Below, piece after piece: positions 60,708 through 64,000 of a DNA stretch of 64,000 bases. The number at the start of each line of letters is the position of its first letter. Position 1 is the stretch's first letter. The notes under the pieces are model-generated. The model saw only the letters and a program-made list of their open reading frames with translations. It had not been told where the DNA came from and did not search any database. The translations under genes were made by a program, and so were the position numbers. The DNA is taken from contig CBFDEM010000018.1 in assembly GCA_965603825.1 (NCBI GenBank), positions 620,001 through 684,000 of the forward strand. Direction: 5' to 3'. Source of the DNA: Blepharisma stoltei ATCC 30299 (Eukaryota; Protista; Ciliophora).

Positions 60708-61178
60708 ATGGAAACCAAGGAAAAAGCTACTATGTCTTCACCATTTCAATATGAAGCAACTCTTCTAGATCAAAACCCAGGCATTGTGTGGGGAATGATA
60801 AAAAACCTCCAATTTGACGTTCTTTGCCCAAGCTGAATCGCAAATGTTCACTGGGAACAAGGAGAGCCAGGAAAAGTAGGCTCAGTCGTGACTTTTGAGT
60901 ATACCGATGGAGCTAAATGGCAATTTCAGGTATCTGAAATAAGTGATATTAAAAATACAATTGTTTTTGAGCTAATCGAAGCAAATCCTCCAGCTATGGC
61001 TACAGGAATTCTTAATAAAATTACAATCCATAAAGAAACACTTAACAATAAAACATTTTTGATTTGGGAAACAATTTTTTCGACTGATACAACAACAGAA
61101 GTTATTTTAGACAATAAATTCAAAAAAGTTGATTTTTTAGTATCAATGTCAAGATATTTTCAAGCAGCATCGCAATAA
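60708..61178 (+). CDS. SRPBCC/START/Bet v1-like (polyketide cyclase-like) protein, 156 aa
   Basis: VWGMIKNLQFD..P..I..V..GEPGKVGS..EY.DG and TFLIWETIFS..D. One TGA. Confidence 0.8.
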
Positions 61179-61700
61179 TGTAAAATTATAGAAATTATAT
61201 GATAATTTGATTCAATAAATAAATTTGATTGTTCAGAGTATTTTAGGTATTGATTTTATTTATTTAAATAGTAAAAAAATAAGTTTAAATCGTCTAAAAT
61301 TATTTTGCTAACCTAAAAATTGGAAAAATTATAACCATCATTGATGACCAAAAATGACGCATTTCCCTGCCTGCCTCAAATTACCTATCTTTGATAATAT
61401 AAATCTTAGAGATATATTACAGCATAATCGCATCTACGCAATTATAATGTGATTACTAGGATATTTATTAATATATTGTGGGGTAGAAAGTGAATGCTTT
61501 GTAAATAATAAATATCTATAAAAATTATAAAATTTCCCAATATAATCTTGTAATATAAATCAAATTGGTTTTATTATTTTGTAGTACTCAATAACTACTA
61601 AAAGCCCCATTTGTTATTTATCACCTTTTTAAATATGGTTATAAATATGAAATTAAATATTTTCCTATTTTTGTTTTTCGGATTTTAGTTTTATTAATTC

Positions 61701-61833
61701 AGAAAGCGGGTCTGGCGTAATCGATACATTGGTGATGAAAATGCTTAAAAGAGTATGAAACACCTAACCGGTTTTCCGACTTACAAAAAGTGCTTGCACA
61801 ATGTGAGAGATAGCGCAGGAGTACTCACATTTT
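61701..61833 (+). other. Unexplained GC-richer island: possible structured ncRNA or decayed gene fragment
   Basis: Several short hairpins, a terminal AATGTGAG/CTCACATT stem followed by a T-run, and no intact ORF. Confidence 0.25.
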
Positions 61834-61946
61834 CATAATTTAATAAATAGTTAAACTTATTTTTTCCTTCTTTAATTTTAGCATTATTATGTCCTTTTTA
61901 TTAAGACTTCTTATTTGACTAACCCAAATTAACAGCTTTATTAAAA

Positions 61947-62648
61947 TTATATAATATTGCACCCTGATTTATTTCCTCTTAGCCCTATTTTTAACTCTGC
62001 TATAAGCTCATCTGCAACTTTCAGCTTCCTTGATTTTTTCTTATAATTCTCAAACATCCATAAATAAATACTTTCTTTTTCTTCCAAAAACGGACTCTCA
62101 TCACTAGCGCACACAAATTTCACATTTTTCAATAAATCATGGTTTCTTTCTTTCATTATTGCAGTAGTTTTTCTTTCAGATCCTATTGCTACCATGATCC
62201 CAGCCCCTAAATTAATGCTTGGCTCGATTTCATATCATAAATTAATTGTATTGAGCTCATCATTTATGACTGGATAAGCAGGAACTCTTGATATTTTGTG
62301 AGGAAGCTCTTTTGATGGCAGCATGCTGTCTTGTAAATATTTGTCATATAATTCTCTAGCTTTGTGAAAACTGGCTATATCGTCTACTAAATAAGTAATA
62401 ATTCCTAAATAGCAGTCTTCTTGAATTAGATTTAAAACATGCTCAAATGTGCTTTCAGTGACGAACCAAAAGTTAAAGTGTATTCAGAGCTTGTCAGTGC
62501 TCACTATACGCGTGACTTGACGAATTGAGCCATATTCATTGACTTGATAAGAGTCTGGATTTCTTCTGAACATTCGAAGTAGAAATTCTTCAGATCCATC
62601 GCCAAGGACTATTGCATCTATATCATCATATAAAATCGGCTCATCCAT
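61947..62648 (-). CDS. Degenerate Ras-superfamily GTPase-like protein with CaaX box, 233 aa
   Basis: AIVLGDGSEEFL (G1 remnant), IHFNFW, GIITYLVDDIASF, MVAIGS, FVCAS and terminal CNII. Two TGA. Confidence 0.65.
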
Positions 62649-62829
62649 ATTAAAATTATATCAAAATTCTAACTTGCATAATACTCTTTTTAATTGGGAT
62701 ATCTTCAGAATTATGTTTAGGTAGGGTTGAAATTAACTAGTGACTTTAATTTTAATATAAATAGAGGTTTAATTTAGTTAGCCTTGATTTAAGAATAATA
62801 ATAAAAAATTGAATAAAATAGTTAAATAT

Positions 62830-63408
62830 TTACTCTGATGAGTGATTGTCGTTTTTTATATCATTTATAAAGAAATCCAAAAATTCTTTATACGTAATTT
62901 TCCCTTTATTTTCTGTATCAATTAAGCTCAACAATCTTTTGGACTCTTCCTCATTTTGAATATTAATCCCAAGAATCTCTGTAACTCTCCTCAAATCTTT
63001 AGCATCAATATACCCAGTTTTTTTGATATCCATCAAAGCAAATGCTTGCATTAAAGATTCCTCTAAATTGTTTTGTGACATAATCGATTCGTACATTTTT
63101 GAGAAGGCTTCGAAATCGCATTCACTTGAGCCATCAGGAAATGATGAAATCTGAGAAATATTAATAATTGATAAATATTCCTGAGTCTGCCTTATTTCTG
63201 GACTACTTGGTTCTGAATGGACAAAAAGATTGCTGTTTGCTGGGTTATTTAAAGTTAAATATCGTTCGCTTGAATCTTCAAGCTCCATTAAGGCGTTCTT
63301 AAAGGGATCTATAGTAATTTTTCCATCGTTGTCTGGCTTGAATAAATCAAATACAAATTTCAGCTCAAGTTTTTGATAGTCAGAGAGCGTAAATCCTTGA
63401 GAATCCAT
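62830..63408 (-). CDS. Centrin/calmodulin-like EF-hand protein, 192 aa
   Basis: ELKFVFDLFKPDNDGKIT, AFALMDIKKTGYIDAKDL and DTENKGKITYKEF. Confidence 0.88.
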   Translation of the reverse strand: MDSQGFTLSDYQKLELKFVFDLFKPDNDGKITIDPFKNALMELEDSSERYLTLNNPANSNLFVHSEPSSPEIRQTQEYLSIINISQISSFPDGSSECDFEAFSKMYESIMSQNNLEESLMQAFALMDIKKTGYIDAKDLRRVTEILGINIQNEEESKRLLSLIDTENKGKITYKEFLDFFINDIKNDNHSSE

Positions 63409-63465
63409 ATTACCACAATTATAAAAAAAATCAACATAGATAAAAATAAAGGGTAACATAAAAAT

Positions 63466-64000
63466 TTAAGACTTTCTTAGTGATATTATGTGTCTTATAC
63501 TTGCTGGCTCTTGGATGACCTGAACAATATTGGCATTAAGTCCCCATAGCTGTGCTTCTCTTATAAATAGCTCACTCCCTCCTCCAACACCAAAATAATA
63601 AGCTTTACAAGCTACCAAGCACTCACCTTTTATAGTTGAATTTATTGCTTGCAATAAATTAGGATAATAATCTGTATTGTAAATGCTGTCACTTGTTAAA
63701 ATTAAGTCAAATTTTCCTAAAATGCTCATATCTTGCCAAGCACCTGCATAATATTTTGCAGATTTCCCTGGGCAGTTTATTTGAACATTATTCATAGTTG
63801 TTAGTTGAAGGACAGCTGCATTGTAGTCTTGAAAAACCACCTCAGCTCCTCTAGATAAACAATAAATCCCTGGAAGCCCGTGGCCACAGCCTAGCTCAAG
63901 CACCCTTCCTTTAATTTCAATATTTTTCAGATAATTAGTTAAATCAAGCGCACATTCCCACAGTCTAAGTCCTCCTTCATAATGACCTGGAATGATATCT
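63466..64000 (-). CDS. METTL18/Hpm1-like histidine methyltransferase, 5' end outside the window
   Basis: DIIPGHYEGGLRLWECALDL, VLELGCGHGLPG, FQDYN, FDLILTSDSIY and KAYYFGVGGG. Confidence 0.92.
   Translation of the reverse strand, partial: DIIPGHYEGGLRLWECALDLTNYLKNIEIKGRVLELGCGHGLPGIYCLSRGAEVVFQDYNAAVLQLTTMNNVQINCPGKSAKYYAGAWQDMSILGKFDLILTSDSIYNTDYYPNLLQAINSTIKGECLVACKAYYFGVGGGSELFIREAQLWGLNANIVQVIQEPASIRHIISLRKS

Noticed and set aside
61354-61521. 55-aa plus-strand ORF with one hydrophobic stretch
   Set aside because: Short with no recognisable motif, and expected by chance under a two-stop code.

Overview
This is a gene-dense, AT-rich eukaryotic window, not a prokaryotic one, and it looks like heterotrich ciliate somatic (macronuclear) DNA of the Blepharisma type. 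Two properties break the supplied ORF track. First, in-frame TGA encodes Trp: I hand-counted about 59 cases in 27 genes, many at invariant Trp positions, and every real stop is TAA or TAG. Second, genes carry 15-16 nt GT-AG introns with an A six bases from the 3' end (15 well supported plus 2 candidates). After correction there are about 44 protein-coding genes, one tRNA-Leu(UAA) and two recognisable pseudogenes (vWA and MFS) in apparent intergenic DNA. The genes include Rab2, ATAT1/MEC-17, RING-H2, Skp1-like, CDGSH, BPI/LBP, EEP, PCD-like, MAP3K, thioredoxin, TBC1D23-like, insulysin, DCN1, Cdc14, TTC27, MORN, vWA, UTP4, a 2230-aa USP, FLVCR-like MFS, WDPCP, BAH-PHD, WWE, FAM92-like, RAP, C2H2, SRPBCC, EF-hand and METTL18-like. 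The most notable items are a Kelch-MORC protein whose GHKL ATPase motifs are all eroded, an adjacent AP2-like/degenerate HNH protein, other probable pseudoenzymes (PCD, CaaX GTPase), a compositionally foreign ORF broken by a compensating frameshift pair, and a short structured element weakly resembling a telomerase RNA. All family assignments come from motif recognition by eye; no searches were run.
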